Part shown: piece by piece, positions 1 through 11,212 of the stretch
Position numbering within the stretch: the first letter of the stretch is position 1
How the letters are laid out: each line of letters begins with the position of its first letter
NCBI GenBank assembly: GCA_963771355.1
Contig: CAVYTA010000005.1
Span: 288,001 to 352,000, forward strand
Source of the DNA: an uncultured Candidatus Rokubacteria bacterium
Lineage (GTDB): Bacteria > Methylomirabilota > Methylomirabilia > Rokubacteriales > CSP1-6
Reading direction: 5' to 3'
DNA: 64,000 nucleotides
Program-made: the position numbers and the translations under genes
The notes under the pieces: generated by a model
The model's input: the letters and a program-made list of their open reading frames with translations, nothing else
What the model was told of the DNA's origin: nothing
The model's database searches: none

Positions 1-360
1 ATGCGCACATCTCCCACGTCCTCCCTCCTCTGGGCCATGGTGCTGACGCAGGGCGTGCTCGGCTACGGCATGGCCTCGGTGTTCGCTGCCATTCCGGCCG
101 AGCTCTTCCAGGGGCGGCACTACGGCAGTGTCTTCGGCACGCTCTCCCTCGCCATCGGCTTCGGGTCGGGCGCGGGCCCCTGGGTGACGGGGTGGCTGCA
201 CGACCGCACCGGCGACTACGTGCTGGCCTTCGAGGTGGGGATTGCCGCCAGCCTGATCTCGGCGGTCGCGATATGGCTCGCGGCTCCACGCAAGGTCCGG
301 CTGGTGGCGGGACGTGTTCCGCGCGCGGGCGCCGCGGCAGGGAAGTCGGCCGGCGCCTGA
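1..360 (+). CDS. MFS transporter, C-terminal part (5' truncated by window edge)
   Basis: Hydrophobic helices; MFS C-terminal pattern 'PAELFQGRHYGSVFG...GPWVTGWLHDRTGDY'. Confidence 0.8.
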   Translation: MRTSPTSSLLWAMVLTQGVLGYGMASVFAAIPAELFQGRHYGSVFGTLSLAIGFGSGAGPWVTGWLHDRTGDYVLAFEVGIAASLISAVAIWLAAPRKVRLVAGRVPRAGAAAGKSAGA

Positions 361-622
361 CCGCTCCGCGCGGCGCTCACGCAGCGTATACTGCGGGCGT
401 CTGGAGGACGACACCCTGATGACGAAGCATGGCGTGATGCCGGGCGGTTGCGCGGGCCCACCATTTGGCTGGAGAACGCGTCGCACTGCTCCGGCGCCGC
501 CGACCGGTGGCGAGCCCCGTCCCGCTCCGCTCTGGAAGCGTGTCCTGATCGCGTGCCGGCTCAGCGCGCCGGCATCGCCGCCGCCCCGCCCGCCGAGTCG
601 CTCCTAACCTTCCGCCCAGGCC

Positions 623-1156
623 GTGGCCGACCCGAGCCCGCCCGTCCCGCGATCCCCCCTCCCGCGGTCGATCGACGAGTGGGCACAGCATCCGCGCGAG
701 GCGCGGCTGGCGCGGCTCGCGCGCACCGCCGACGACCTGGAGGCGACCGTGCGCGGCCGCGACGTGCCCACGCTGACGCGCCGGCCCGATGCGGCGAACT
801 GGGCGCCCATCGAGGTGCTCTGCCATCTCCGCGACGCCGAGGAGTCCTTTCTCGACCGCCTCCGCCAGATCATGGCCACCGACGAGCCGCGCTTTCCCTC
901 CGTGAACCCCAATCGCGTGGCCGAGGAGCGGGAGTATCTTCGGCAGCAGTCGGACGACGCCCTCGCGGCGTTCCGCCGCCATCGCGAGGGCTCCCTCGCC
1001 TTCTTCGGCGCGCTCCGAGGGAACGACTGGACCCGCGCCGGCCATCAGATGGACTCGCGGGGACGACGCACGCTCGACGATTTCCTCTCCCTGATGGCCT
1101 GGCACGACGAGAATCATCTGGCCCAGCTTGCGCGCGCGCTGCGGGGCGAGCCGTGA
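623..1156 (+). CDS. DinB/DinB_2 family protein
   Basis: 'WAPIEVLCHLRD' and 'AWHDENHLAQL' His motifs typical of the DinB superfamily. Confidence 0.85.
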   Translation: MADPSPPVPRSPLPRSIDEWAQHPREARLARLARTADDLEATVRGRDVPTLTRRPDAANWAPIEVLCHLRDAEESFLDRLRQIMATDEPRFPSVNPNRVAEEREYLRQQSDDALAAFRRHREGSLAFFGALRGNDWTRAGHQMDSRGRRTLDDFLSLMAWHDENHLAQLARALRGEP

Positions 1157-1166
1157 GGGCGAGGGC

Positions 1167-2328
1167 GTGACGGCCGGTGCCCTGGCCGACGAGCCGCTGC
1201 CCCCGGAGCTCGAGGCGCTCCGGGCTCGGGCCCGCGCCTTCGCCGCGGACGTGCTGCTGCCCGCCGAGCGGGAGGCGCGCGTGGGCGAGGAGGGACAGGC
1301 CGCGCCGGAGCTGCGCCGGCTGATCCGGTCTCGCGCGGAGGCGGCGGGGCTCTTTCGCCTCGCCCAGCCGGTGGAGCTGGGCAGGCGGTGGACTCGGGCC
1401 GCTCGGCCAGGTGGCGTTGCACGAGGCGCTGGCCGCGACCGGGGCGGTCCTGGCCGGGCTCGTGGTGGGAGGCTCGGGCGGGCTCTTGCGCCATGGCAAT
1501 GCCGAGCAGCGCGAGCGCTTTCTCCTGCCCGTGCTCCGCGGCGAGCTGGCGACGTCCTTCGCCTTCACCGACGCGCGCGAGGGACCGCGCACCACCGCCA
1601 CGCGCGAGGATGACCGCTTCCGGGTGAGCGGCGTGAAGTCTTTTGTCACCGACGGCCCGGCCGCCGATCTGCTCCTCACGGTCGCGCGCGTGGTGGATAA
1701 CGCGGGCGCGTCCCAGGGCACCGCGGTGTTCGTGATCCCGCGCGCGGCCGCCGGCGTGACGCTCCGTCGCACCCTGGCCACGCTGGACGGCGCGTTGCAC
1801 GGCGAGTTCGAGCTGCGCGACGTGCGCGTTCCGGCCGCGGACATGATCGGCGAGGTGGGGCAGGGGCTCCCCCGCGCCCTCGAGGACATCGCGGCCACCC
1901 GGCTGCGCCTGTCCGCCACCGCCTGCGGCGCCGCGCGCTGGACGCTCGACTGGGTGCTCGGGCAGGTGGACCGTCCGCATCGCAGCGGCACGCCGCTGGC
2001 CGAGCGCGAGCAAGTCCAGGCCATGCTCGCCGAGAGCGCTCTGGATCTCTTCGCCGCGCGCTCGGCGGTCTATTCAGTAGCGCGCCTCGTCGCATCGGAC
2101 GAGCCGGCGGACGTGGAGACCGCCATGGCCAAGGCGCTCGCCACCGAGGCGGTGGCCCGCGTGGTGGATCGCGCGATCCAGCTCACCGGCGGCGCCGCGG
2201 TGGTGGCGGGTCATCCGCTGGAGCGGCTCTACCGCCGCATCCGCTCGTGGCGCATCGCCGAGGGAACCACCGAGGTGCTCCGCCTCACCATCGCGCGCGG
2301 CCTCCTCGCGCGCCGCCGCGGCCCCTAG
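1167..2328 (+). CDS. Acyl-CoA dehydrogenase family protein, with a +1 frameshift near 1383
   Basis: N-terminal part in ORF 1128..1613 (…QPVELG), remainder in ORF 1411..2328 (GVKSFVT, AIQLTGG, IAEGTTEV). Removing the A at 1383 restores ELGGGGLGPLGQVALHE. Confidence 0.85.
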
Positions 2329-2377
2329 CGCGTCGCCGCGCCCGGAAAACTTGCTCACCCTCGTCAAGGAGCCCGTC

Positions 2378-3172
2378 ATGCGCCCCAACCGACTCCGTGA
2401 ACTGCTGCGCGCCGGTCAGCCCACCTTCGGCACTCACCTCCACACCGTGTGGCCGGCGGTGGCGGAGCTGGTGGGTCACTCCGGTGCCTTCGACTACATC
2501 GAGTTCGTGGGTGAGTACGCCCCCTATGACCTCTTCGCCCTGGAGAACTTCGCGCGGGCGGTGGACACCTTCCCCCACATGTCGGCGATGATGAAGATCG
2601 AGCAGCAGCCGCGGACCTACCTGGCCGTGCGCGCCATCGGCGCCGGCATCCAGAATCTGCTCTTCGCCGACCCGCGCACGGTGGACGACGTGCGCGAGTG
2701 CGTGCGCGCAGTGCGGGCGGAGTCGCCGGCCACCGGCGGCATCCACGGCGTCGGCATGCGCCGCGACGTGGGCTACGTGGTGGACGTGGGCTCGCCCGCC
2801 TTCGTCCAGGCGCTGGAGGACGCGGTGGTGGCGGTGATGATCGAGAAAGCGTCCGCGGTGGAGAGCGTGGAGGCGATGCTCTCGGTGAAGGGCGTGGACA
2901 TGGTGCAGTTCGGCCCCGCGGACTACTCCATGAGCATCGGGCTGGCGGGGCAGTGGGATCACCCGCGGGTGCAGGAGGCGGAGGCGCACGTGATCAAGAC
3001 CGCGCTGCGCCTGGGCGTGGCCCCGCGCGTGGAGATCGATCACCCCGATCAGGCGCGGCGCTACCTGGACATGGGCGTGCGGCATTTCTGCATGGGCTGG
3101 GACGTCGGCATTCTCTTCGACTGGTTCAAGACCCAGGGCGCGGCCATCCGCGCTATGGTAAAGGCCGGCTGA
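2378..3172 (+). CDS. HpcH/HpaI aldolase family protein
   Basis: 'VMIEKASAV', 'GVDMVQFGPADYSMSIG'; ATG 2378 preceded by AAGGAG. Confidence 0.85.
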   Translation: MRPNRLRELLRAGQPTFGTHLHTVWPAVAELVGHSGAFDYIEFVGEYAPYDLFALENFARAVDTFPHMSAMMKIEQQPRTYLAVRAIGAGIQNLLFADPRTVDDVRECVRAVRAESPATGGIHGVGMRRDVGYVVDVGSPAFVQALEDAVVAVMIEKASAVESVEAMLSVKGVDMVQFGPADYSMSIGLAGQWDHPRVQEAEAHVIKTALRLGVAPRVEIDHPDQARRYLDMGVRHFCMGWDVGILFDWFKTQGAAIRAMVKAG

Positions 3173-3199
3173 AGGGCCCCGACCCCAAGGAGGAGTGGG

Positions 3200-4612
3200 A
3201 TGGCGACGGCGAACGGCATGGCCCGCGAGGCGCTGGGCTATCTGGACGGGCATCTCGGCGACTGGAAGCGGGTCCTGGTGAACCTCTGCCGCATCCCGAG
3301 CATGTCGGCGTCGGGGTTCCCGGTGGAGCAGGTCCGTCGCTCCGCCCAGGCGGTGGCGCAGGCCCTGACCGACGCCGGCGTCGAGAACGTCCAGGTGCTC
3401 ACCATTCCCGGCGTGCATCCGTATGTGTACGGGGACTGGCTGCACCGGCCGGACGCGCCCACCGTGCTCCTCTACGGGCATCACGACGTCCAGCCGCCGG
3501 GCCGCGAGGACAAATGGCTCTCGCCCGCCTTCGAGCCCACCGAGCGTGACGGCCGCCTCTACGGCCGGGGGACCGCCGACGACAAGGGCGGCGTCATGGC
3601 GCACGTGGCCGCGGTGGGGTCGTATCTCCGCTCGGCGGGGACCTTGCCGGTGAACGTGAAGTTCATCATCGAGGGCGAGGAGGAGATCGGCTCGATGAAC
3701 CTGGGCCGCTTCCTCGAGCAGTACAAGAAGAGCGTGGCGGCGGACTTCATCGTGCTCACCGACACCGGCAACTACGACGTCGGGCATCCCGCGCTCACGT
3801 ATCAGCTCCGCGGCCTCTGCGAGCTCGACGTGGAAGTGCAGGCGCTGCGCCAGCCCCTGCACAGCGGCTACAGCGGCCCGGTGCCGGATCCGGTGCAGAT
3901 CCTCTGCGCGCTCATCGCCGACCTGCGCACCCGGGACGGGGCGCTGAATGTCCCCGGCCTCTACAAGAAGGTCGCCCGGCCCAGCGCCAAGCAGCTCGCG
4001 CGCATCCGCTCCTTGCCTCTCAGCGAGGCCAAGTTCAAGAAGGAGTCCGGCATGCTGCCGGGCGTGCAGCTCTGGGGCGAGAAGAAGTTCTCGCTGCTGG
4101 AACAGATGTGGACGCGCCCCGCGCTCACCGTCATCGCGCTGGAGGCGCGGCCGTTCCTCGGCTCCTCCAACCAGATCATCGAGGCGGCGCGCGCCCGGCT
4201 CTCACTGCGCACGGTGCCCGGCATGGATGCGCGCGAGGCCGGCCGCCTCATCGTCAAGAAGCTGACCCGCAAGCCGCCCTTCGGCGCCAAGGTCACCGCC
4301 AAGGTCAATGGGACCACGCCGTGGTGGACCACTGATCCCGAGGGCCCCGCCTTCGAGGCGGCGCGGCGCGCGCTCCGGTCGGGCTTCGGGAAGGCCACCG
4401 CGATGGTCGGGTCCGGCGGCACCATCGGATTCGTCCAGCCCTTCGCCGATCTGCTCAAGGGCGCGCCCTGCATCCTCATGGGCGTCATCGATCCCTATAC
4501 CCAGGCGCATTCCGAGAACGAGAGCCTGCACCTGGGCGACTGGGTCAAGGCCATGCGCTCCACCATCCACCTCTACGACGAGCTGGCGCAGGTGCCGGCG
4601 GGAAAGCGCTGA
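3200..4612 (+). CDS. M20/M25/M40 family metallopeptidase (dipeptidase-like)
   Basis: YGHHDVQP, GRGTADDKG, EGEEE, AHSENE metal-binding motifs; SD AAGGAGG. Confidence 0.9.
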   Translation: MATANGMAREALGYLDGHLGDWKRVLVNLCRIPSMSASGFPVEQVRRSAQAVAQALTDAGVENVQVLTIPGVHPYVYGDWLHRPDAPTVLLYGHHDVQPPGREDKWLSPAFEPTERDGRLYGRGTADDKGGVMAHVAAVGSYLRSAGTLPVNVKFIIEGEEEIGSMNLGRFLEQYKKSVAADFIVLTDTGNYDVGHPALTYQLRGLCELDVEVQALRQPLHSGYSGPVPDPVQILCALIADLRTRDGALNVPGLYKKVARPSAKQLARIRSLPLSEAKFKKESGMLPGVQLWGEKKFSLLEQMWTRPALTVIALEARPFLGSSNQIIEAARARLSLRTVPGMDAREAGRLIVKKLTRKPPFGAKVTAKVNGTTPWWTTDPEGPAFEAARRALRSGFGKATAMVGSGGTIGFVQPFADLLKGAPCILMGVIDPYTQAHSENESLHLGDWVKAMRSTIHLYDELAQVPAGKR

Positions 4613-4619
4613 GGACGGC

Positions 4620-4676
4620 ATGGTTCGGATACTCCAGTGTTCCTGGTGGCGGCCGCCGGTATCGGCGGCCCCCTAG
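4620..4676 (+). CDS. Trp leader peptide (MVRILQCSWWRPPVSAAP) upstream of trpS
   Basis: ATG 4620 after GAGGA, tandem TGG TGG at 4644-4649, TAG 4674-4676; directly upstream of trpS. Confidence 0.75.
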   Translation: MVRILQCSWWRPPVSAAP

Positions 4677-4687
4677 CTCATCGCTGA

Positions 4688-5791
<1,104 letters not shown>

Positions 5792-5803
5792 GGGGGGCCG
5801 GGC

Positions 5804-6769
5804 TCAGCGCTGATGGCAGCCCACGCAGGCGAAGCGTGAGGCCACCATGATGCGTGGGGCGCCGGGCGCGGGATTGGCGGCGCGGAACGCCGCCACGTTG
5901 GCGTCGGCGTCGCGGAGGCGGGCTTCCAGCACGCCGCGATAGGACCAGGTCGTGTAGTCGCGGGCAAGGGCGGCGTTCCGGTACATGATGCGGGCCGTGG
6001 CCACCTGGCCGCTCTTCACGAGCATGTCCCCGAAGTTGAGGAAGAAGCCCTCGAAGTTGTGCGGGGCGATCTCGCCGTTCCAGCACACACGCTTGGGCCC
6101 CTCCCGCGTCTCCAGACGCATGTAGCGCGCGTAATCCGGATTCGCGCGGTCCACGCGCTCGCCGACGCAGACCTCGATGTTGCGCCACATGTTCTCCAGC
6201 GCCTCGCGATAGGTGTCGCTGTCCCAGGCCTGGCCGGACATGGTGTAGCCCGCGGTGAAGAGATTGAACTCCGGGAAGGCGCGGACGGAATCCTGGAGGG
6301 TGAAGAAGCCTCGGCGGGTGACCTTCTCGTCCTTGTGGATACTGCCCTCGGCGAGGAGCGCGGACGCGTAGAAGCCGAGATAGCGCGCCTCCCCGGGACG
6401 GAGGCGCACCGCCTCCTCGAAGTACTTCCGCGAGAGCAGCGCGTGGTCGGTGATGCCCGGCGGCGCGGGATCGAGCCGCGCGCGCTCGGCGAGCCGCCAG
6501 ATGTGCAGCCAGCCGACATGCGCGGCGGTGACCGGGTCGCGCGGGTCCGCCAGATAGGCCGCGGTGAGGGCGGTGAGGGCGCGCGGGATTCCCTCGTAGT
6601 CCCCCGCGTGGAGCGTCGACCAGAAGAGCGCGTCGGCGCGCTCCGCCGCCTCCGTGCGCGTGGCGCTCGCGGTCTTCTCGGGCGCGGCCCAGACGGCGAG
6701 GCCGGCGCAGCCCGCGGCCAGTGCGGCCACCACCGCCAGGGCGAGCGCGAAGGGGGTTTGCCGCTTCAC
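5804..6769 (-). CDS. Hypothetical lipoprotein, helical/TPR-like, with C-terminal CxxCH
   Basis: Lipobox-like LAAGC; ends ...FACVGCHQR; start overlaps the stop of the upstream LLM gene. Confidence 0.7.
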   Translation of the reverse strand: MKRQTPFALALAVVAALAAGCAGLAVWAAPEKTASATRTEAAERADALFWSTLHAGDYEGIPRALTALTAAYLADPRDPVTAAHVGWLHIWRLAERARLDPAPPGITDHALLSRKYFEEAVRLRPGEARYLGFYASALLAEGSIHKDEKVTRRGFFTLQDSVRAFPEFNLFTAGYTMSGQAWDSDTYREALENMWRNIEVCVGERVDRANPDYARYMRLETREGPKRVCWNGEIAPHNFEGFFLNFGDMLVKSGQVATARIMYRNAALARDYTTWSYRGVLEARLRDADANVAAFRAANPAPGAPRIMVASRFACVGCHQR

Positions 6770-7776
6770 CGGAAGGCCGGGATGATCTCCGCCCCGCAGG
6801 ACTCGATGAAGGCGGAGCCGGGCATATTGGGCTGCAGGATCACGTGACGCATCCAGGGGAAGCGGTCCACCAGCAGCTCGAGCTGATGCCGCACGTCCGC
6901 CCCCGAGCCCATGAGGCAGAAGCGCCGCGCCACCGACAGCGGGATGGCTTCGACGTGCTTCGCGGCCAGGGCCATGTCGAAGGCGTGGTGGAAGTCGGGG
7001 CGGACCTCCTTGAGGATGTCCTCGATGGGCGCGCAGGGCCAGCGCAGGCCCAGATGCGCCCAGGTCCCCCGGTTCACCTCGTAGTAGCCCGCCGCCATCA
7101 CGCGGCCGCGCGCCTCGGCCAGCTCCGCGTCGTCGCTGATGACGGTGTGGAAGTGGCCGGCCACCCAGAGCGACGCGGGATCACGGCCCGCCTCCCGCGC
7201 GCCCGCGCAGAACTCGTCGTACCCCCACTGGACCAGCGCGGGGTCGGCGCCGATGCGGATCACCACGCCGTCGGCCGCTCGCCCCGCCATCCGGAGGGTT
7301 CGGGGCCCGCTGCCGGCGACGATGACCGGGACCGGGCGCGGATGCTGCAGGCGGGACGGCGCGGTCCAGCCCAGCGAGAGGCTCTCGCCGGCGAGGAGGC
7401 CGCGTATGGTCCGCACCGCCGCCTCCTGGTCCGCGAGGCGGGCCGGGCGCAGCCCCACCTGGAATACGGAGGTGTCGCCCGCGCCGATGCCGAGGAGGAC
7501 GCGGCCCGGCGCGTACAGATCCACGGTGGCGATGCTGGAGGCGAGCACGGTGGGATGGCGCGTGACCGGGTTGACGAGGAGCGTGCCGACCCGGGCGCGC
7601 TCGGTGCTGCGGGCGGCGGTGAGCAGGTTGAGGAAGACGTCGCCGGTGCGGAGCTGGCTGTCGGGGAACCAGAGATGGGTGAACCCGGCCGCCTCGGCCT
7701 CGCGGCAGGTCTCGGCCAGCCGCGTGGGATCGGGGAAGCCGAAGCGATTGGTGCCGAAGGTGAGCGGCGCGGTCAC
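6766..7776 (-). CDS. LLM class flavin-dependent oxidoreductase
   Basis: 'LWFPDSQL', 'VNPVTRHPTVLAS', 'GRVLLGIGAGD', 'AGSGPRTLRMAGRAADG'; GTG 7776 chosen as start. Confidence 0.88.
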   Translation of the reverse strand: MTAPLTFGTNRFGFPDPTRLAETCREAEAAGFTHLWFPDSQLRTGDVFLNLLTAARSTERARVGTLLVNPVTRHPTVLASSIATVDLYAPGRVLLGIGAGDTSVFQVGLRPARLADQEAAVRTIRGLLAGESLSLGWTAPSRLQHPRPVPVIVAGSGPRTLRMAGRAADGVVIRIGADPALVQWGYDEFCAGAREAGRDPASLWVAGHFHTVISDDAELAEARGRVMAAGYYEVNRGTWAHLGLRWPCAPIEDILKEVRPDFHHAFDMALAAKHVEAIPLSVARRFCLMGSGADVRHQLELLVDRFPWMRHVILQPNMPGSAFIESCGAEIIPAFR

Positions 7777-7786
7777 GCGGGCCGGG

Positions 7787-9301
7787 TCAGACGGGATACT
7801 GTGGGCGCTTCGAATCCGGCCAGTCCAGGTGGAAGAACTTCCCGCGGGGCGCATCCACGCGCTCGTAGGTGTGGGCGCCGAAGTAGTCCCGCTGCGCCTG
7901 GAGGAGATTGGCGGGGAGCCGCGCCGAGCGGTAGCCGTCGAAGTAGGCCAGCGCGCTGCTGAAGGCGGGGGCGGGGATGCCGTGCCGCACCGCGAGCGCC
8001 ACCACCTCGCGCCAGGCGTCCTGCCGGTCGGCGAGCGCCTTCTTGAAGTAGGGATCCAGCATGAGGTTCACGAGCTTCGGGTCGCGGCGATAGGCCTCGG
8101 TGATCTTCTGCAGGAAGCGCGCGCGGATGATGCAGCCGCCGCGCCAGATGGCGGCGATGGTGCCGAAGTCGAGCGTCCAGCGGTACTCCTTCTGCGCCTC
8201 CCGCATGAGCTGGAAGCCCTGGGCATAGGCGCAGATCTTGGAGGAGTAGAGCGCGCGGCGCACCGCATCGACGAGCTTGGCCTTCGATCCGCGATACGGC
8301 GCCCTGGGTCCCTTGAGGACCTTGGACGCGGCCACCCGCTCCTCCTTCAGCGCGGAGAGGCAGCGCGCGAAGACCGCCTCCGCGATGGCATTGGCGGGAA
8401 TGCCCATGTCCAGCGCGTTCACGCTGGTCCACTTGCCGGTCCCCTTCTGGCCCGCGGTGTCCAGCACCGCGTCCACGAAGAAGCGGCGGGGGTTGGCCGG
8501 ATCGCGCTGCTTGAGGATGTCGGCGGTGATCTCGATGAGGTAGGAGCTGAGCTCCTGCTGGTTCCAGTCGGTGAAGACCTCGGCCAGCGCGTCGGGCTTC
8601 AGCCCGCCCAGCGCGGTGAGGAGGTGATAGGCCTCCGAGATGAGCTGCATGTCGATGTACTCGATCCCGTTGTGCACCATCTTCACGTAGTGCCCGGCGC
8701 CGTTGGGGCCGATGTAGGCGGTGCAGGGCTCGCCGCCCTGCACGGGCTTGCCCGGCGCATAGTCCTCCAGGGGCTGGCCCGTCTTGGGATCCACCTTGGC
8801 GGCGACGGCCTCCCAGATGGGGCGGAGATGCTCCCAGGACTCCGGGTGACCGCCGGGCATCAGCGAGGGGCCGAAGCGCGCGCCGATCTCGCCGCCGCTC
8901 ACGCCGGAGCCGAAGAAGCGGCAGCGGGCCTCGTACTGCTTCTCGCGCCTGATGGTGTCGGTCCAGAGGCTGTTGCCGCAGTCCACCACGATGTCGTCCG
9001 TCTCGACGCCCGCGCCGAGGAGCTGCTCCACCACCGCGTCGACCGGCGGCCCCGCCTTGACGAGGATGAGGATCTTGCGTGGCTTCCGGAGCGCGGCCAC
9101 GAAGTCCGGCAGCGTGGCCGCCCCCACCAGGCCGCCCGGCGTGTCCGGGTGCCCGGCCACGAACTTCTCCATGACCGAGGTGGTCCGGTTGTAGACGGCC
9201 ATGCGGTAGCCGTGGTCGGCGATGTTGAGCGCGAGGTTCTCGCCCATCACGGCGAGCCCGATCAGACCGACGTCAGCGCTGGCGCGGGTGGGGGTTGTCA
9301 T
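7787..9301 (-). CDS. gnd: NADP-dependent 6-phosphogluconate dehydrogenase (decarboxylating)
   Basis: [48 protein letters not shown]. Confidence 0.97.
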   Translation of the reverse strand: MTTPTRASADVGLIGLAVMGENLALNIADHGYRMAVYNRTTSVMEKFVAGHPDTPGGLVGAATLPDFVAALRKPRKILILVKAGPPVDAVVEQLLGAGVETDDIVVDCGNSLWTDTIRREKQYEARCRFFGSGVSGGEIGARFGPSLMPGGHPESWEHLRPIWEAVAAKVDPKTGQPLEDYAPGKPVQGGEPCTAYIGPNGAGHYVKMVHNGIEYIDMQLISEAYHLLTALGGLKPDALAEVFTDWNQQELSSYLIEITADILKQRDPANPRRFFVDAVLDTAGQKGTGKWTSVNALDMGIPANAIAEAVFARCLSALKEERVAASKVLKGPRAPYRGSKAKLVDAVRRALYSSKICAYAQGFQLMREAQKEYRWTLDFGTIAAIWRGGCIIRARFLQKITEAYRRDPKLVNLMLDPYFKKALADRQDAWREVVALAVRHGIPAPAFSSALAYFDGYRSARLPANLLQAQRDYFGAHTYERVDAPRGKFFHLDWPDSKRPQYPV

Positions 9302-9341
9302 GACCGTACTCTACTCCTACCCTTCCGCCAGGGGGAGGGGG

Positions 9342-10250
9342 CTAGCCGATGCGCGGATCGAGGGCGTCGCGGAGGCGGTCGCCCACCAGGTTGATGGCGA
9401 GCACGGTCAGGAGAATGGCGAGGCCGGGGAAGGTGGGCAGCCACCAGGCCACGCTGACGAAGTCGCGCCCGAGCGCGATCATCTGGCCCCAGGTGGGATA
9501 GGCGCTGCCCGTGCCCACCCCGAGGAATGAAAGCGCCGCCTCCTGCAGGATGGCCTGCGCCACCTGCAGCGTGGACATGACGATGATGGACGAGAAGGTG
9601 TTGGGCAGCACGTGGCGAAGCACCATCCGGGCCGACGAGGCGCCCATGGCGCGCGCGGCCTCCATGAAGTCCTTCTCGCGCAGCGCCAGCACCTCCGCCC
9701 GCACCACGCGGGTGTAGCGCTCCCAGCCGGTGAGGCCCAGCACCACGATGATGGTGGTGACGCTCGGGCCCAGCGCGGCCACGAAGGCCAGCGCGAGGAG
9801 CAGCGGCGGGAAGGAGAGCGTCACGTCCACCACGGTCATGATCACCGTGTCCACGCGACCCTGGAGGAAGCCGGAGAGGAGACCGAGGGTGACGCCGACC
9901 GTCATGCTCACCGCCACCGCGGCGATTCCCACCAGGAGGGAGATGCGCGCGCCGTGGATGATGCGGCTCAGGATGTCACGTCCGACCTGGTCGGTGCCGA
10001 GCACGTGGGCGGCCTTGCCCGCCTCCGCCCAGACCGGTGGGGTGAAGCGCCGGATCAAGCTCTGGCGCGCGGGCTCGTGAGGCGCGATCCAGGGCGCGAA
10101 GACGGCGGCGCCCACGACGACGAAGAGGATGAGCGCACCGGCGATGGCGGCCGGGTTGCGGGCGAACTTGCGCCAGGTCCGTGAGCGCTCCGTGGCCCGC
10201 TCGGCGCCGGCGGGCACGCCCAGGGGCGGGGCGAGAGTGCCGATGGCCAT
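9342..10250 (-). CDS. Peptide/nickel ABC transporter permease (DppC/OppC-like)
   Basis: LGTDQVGRD, EAARAMG (EAA loop), NLVGDRLRDALDPR. Confidence 0.93.
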   Translation of the reverse strand: MAIGTLAPPLGVPAGAERATERSRTWRKFARNPAAIAGALILFVVVGAAVFAPWIAPHEPARQSLIRRFTPPVWAEAGKAAHVLGTDQVGRDILSRIIHGARISLLVGIAAVAVSMTVGVTLGLLSGFLQGRVDTVIMTVVDVTLSFPPLLLALAFVAALGPSVTTIIVVLGLTGWERYTRVVRAEVLALREKDFMEAARAMGASSARMVLRHVLPNTFSSIIVMSTLQVAQAILQEAALSFLGVGTGSAYPTWGQMIALGRDFVSVAWWLPTFPGLAILLTVLAINLVGDRLRDALDPRIG

Positions 10251-10256
10251 GGCCGT

Positions 10257-11171
10257 TCAGCGTACCCGGATCTGAGGGTTCAGGTAGACGTAGAGCATGT
10301 CCACCGCGAAGTTCACGAGGACCACGACGAGGGCCAGGACGAAGACGCCGGCCTGGACGATGGGGAAGTCGAGCTGGCGGATGGCGCCCACGACGAGCCG
10401 GCCCAGTCCGGGCACCGCGAAGACGGTCTCGGTCACGATGGCCCCGCCCAGCAGCAGCCCGAACTGGAGGCCGGCGACCGTGACGAGCGGGAGCGCGGCG
10501 TTGATGAGGGCGTGGCGGCAGATGACGAACCACTCGGAGACGCCCTTGGCCCGCGCCGTGCGCACGTAGTCGAGGTTGATCACCTCCAGCATGCTGGAGC
10601 GGACGATGCGGAGCAGGAGCGGGGTCGAGAAGGTGGCCAGCGTGAACCCGGGCAGGATGAGGGCCGCCCAGCTGTCCCAGCCGGAGACGGGAAGGACGCG
10701 GAACTGGACCGCGAAGAGGAGGATGAGCATGATGCCGGTCCAGAACACCGGCATGGAGGTGCCGAGGAAGACGACGAACGTCGCCGCGTGGTCGAAGAGC
10801 GAGTTGCGGCGGACCGCGCTGAAGATGCCAATGGGCACGGCGAGGGCGAGGGAAAGCCCCATGGCGAGCACGGTGAGGAGCATCGTGGTCGGCATGCGCT
10901 CGAGGACCAGCGGTAGCGCCGGCTTGCGGTGGAAGAAGGACTGACCGAAGTCGCCCTGCGCGATGTTCCCCACGAAGCGCACAAACTGGATCGCCAGGGG
11001 GTCGTTGAAGCCCATGTTCTGGCGGAGCACCGCCCGGTCGGATTCGGGCGCCTCGGGCATCATCAACGCCACCGGGTCGCCGCTCGCCTGAAGGATCGCG
11101 AACGTGACGAGGGACACGCCCACGAGCACTACCACGAGGCGGACGACCCGGCGTACCAGCAGGGTCAGCAC
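10257..11171 (-). CDS. Peptide/nickel ABC transporter permease (DppB/OppB-like)
   Basis: GDFGQSF, YVRTARAKG, ETVFAVPGLG, YVYLNPQIR. Confidence 0.93.
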   Translation of the reverse strand: MLTLLVRRVVRLVVVLVGVSLVTFAILQASGDPVALMMPEAPESDRAVLRQNMGFNDPLAIQFVRFVGNIAQGDFGQSFFHRKPALPLVLERMPTTMLLTVLAMGLSLALAVPIGIFSAVRRNSLFDHAATFVVFLGTSMPVFWTGIMLILLFAVQFRVLPVSGWDSWAALILPGFTLATFSTPLLLRIVRSSMLEVINLDYVRTARAKGVSEWFVICRHALINAALPLVTVAGLQFGLLLGGAIVTETVFAVPGLGRLVVGAIRQLDFPIVQAGVFVLALVVVLVNFAVDMLYVYLNPQIRVR

Positions 11172-11212
11172 GGCAACGGGATCACCGGAGCGAGATCACC
11201 GCTCGTCCCGCC

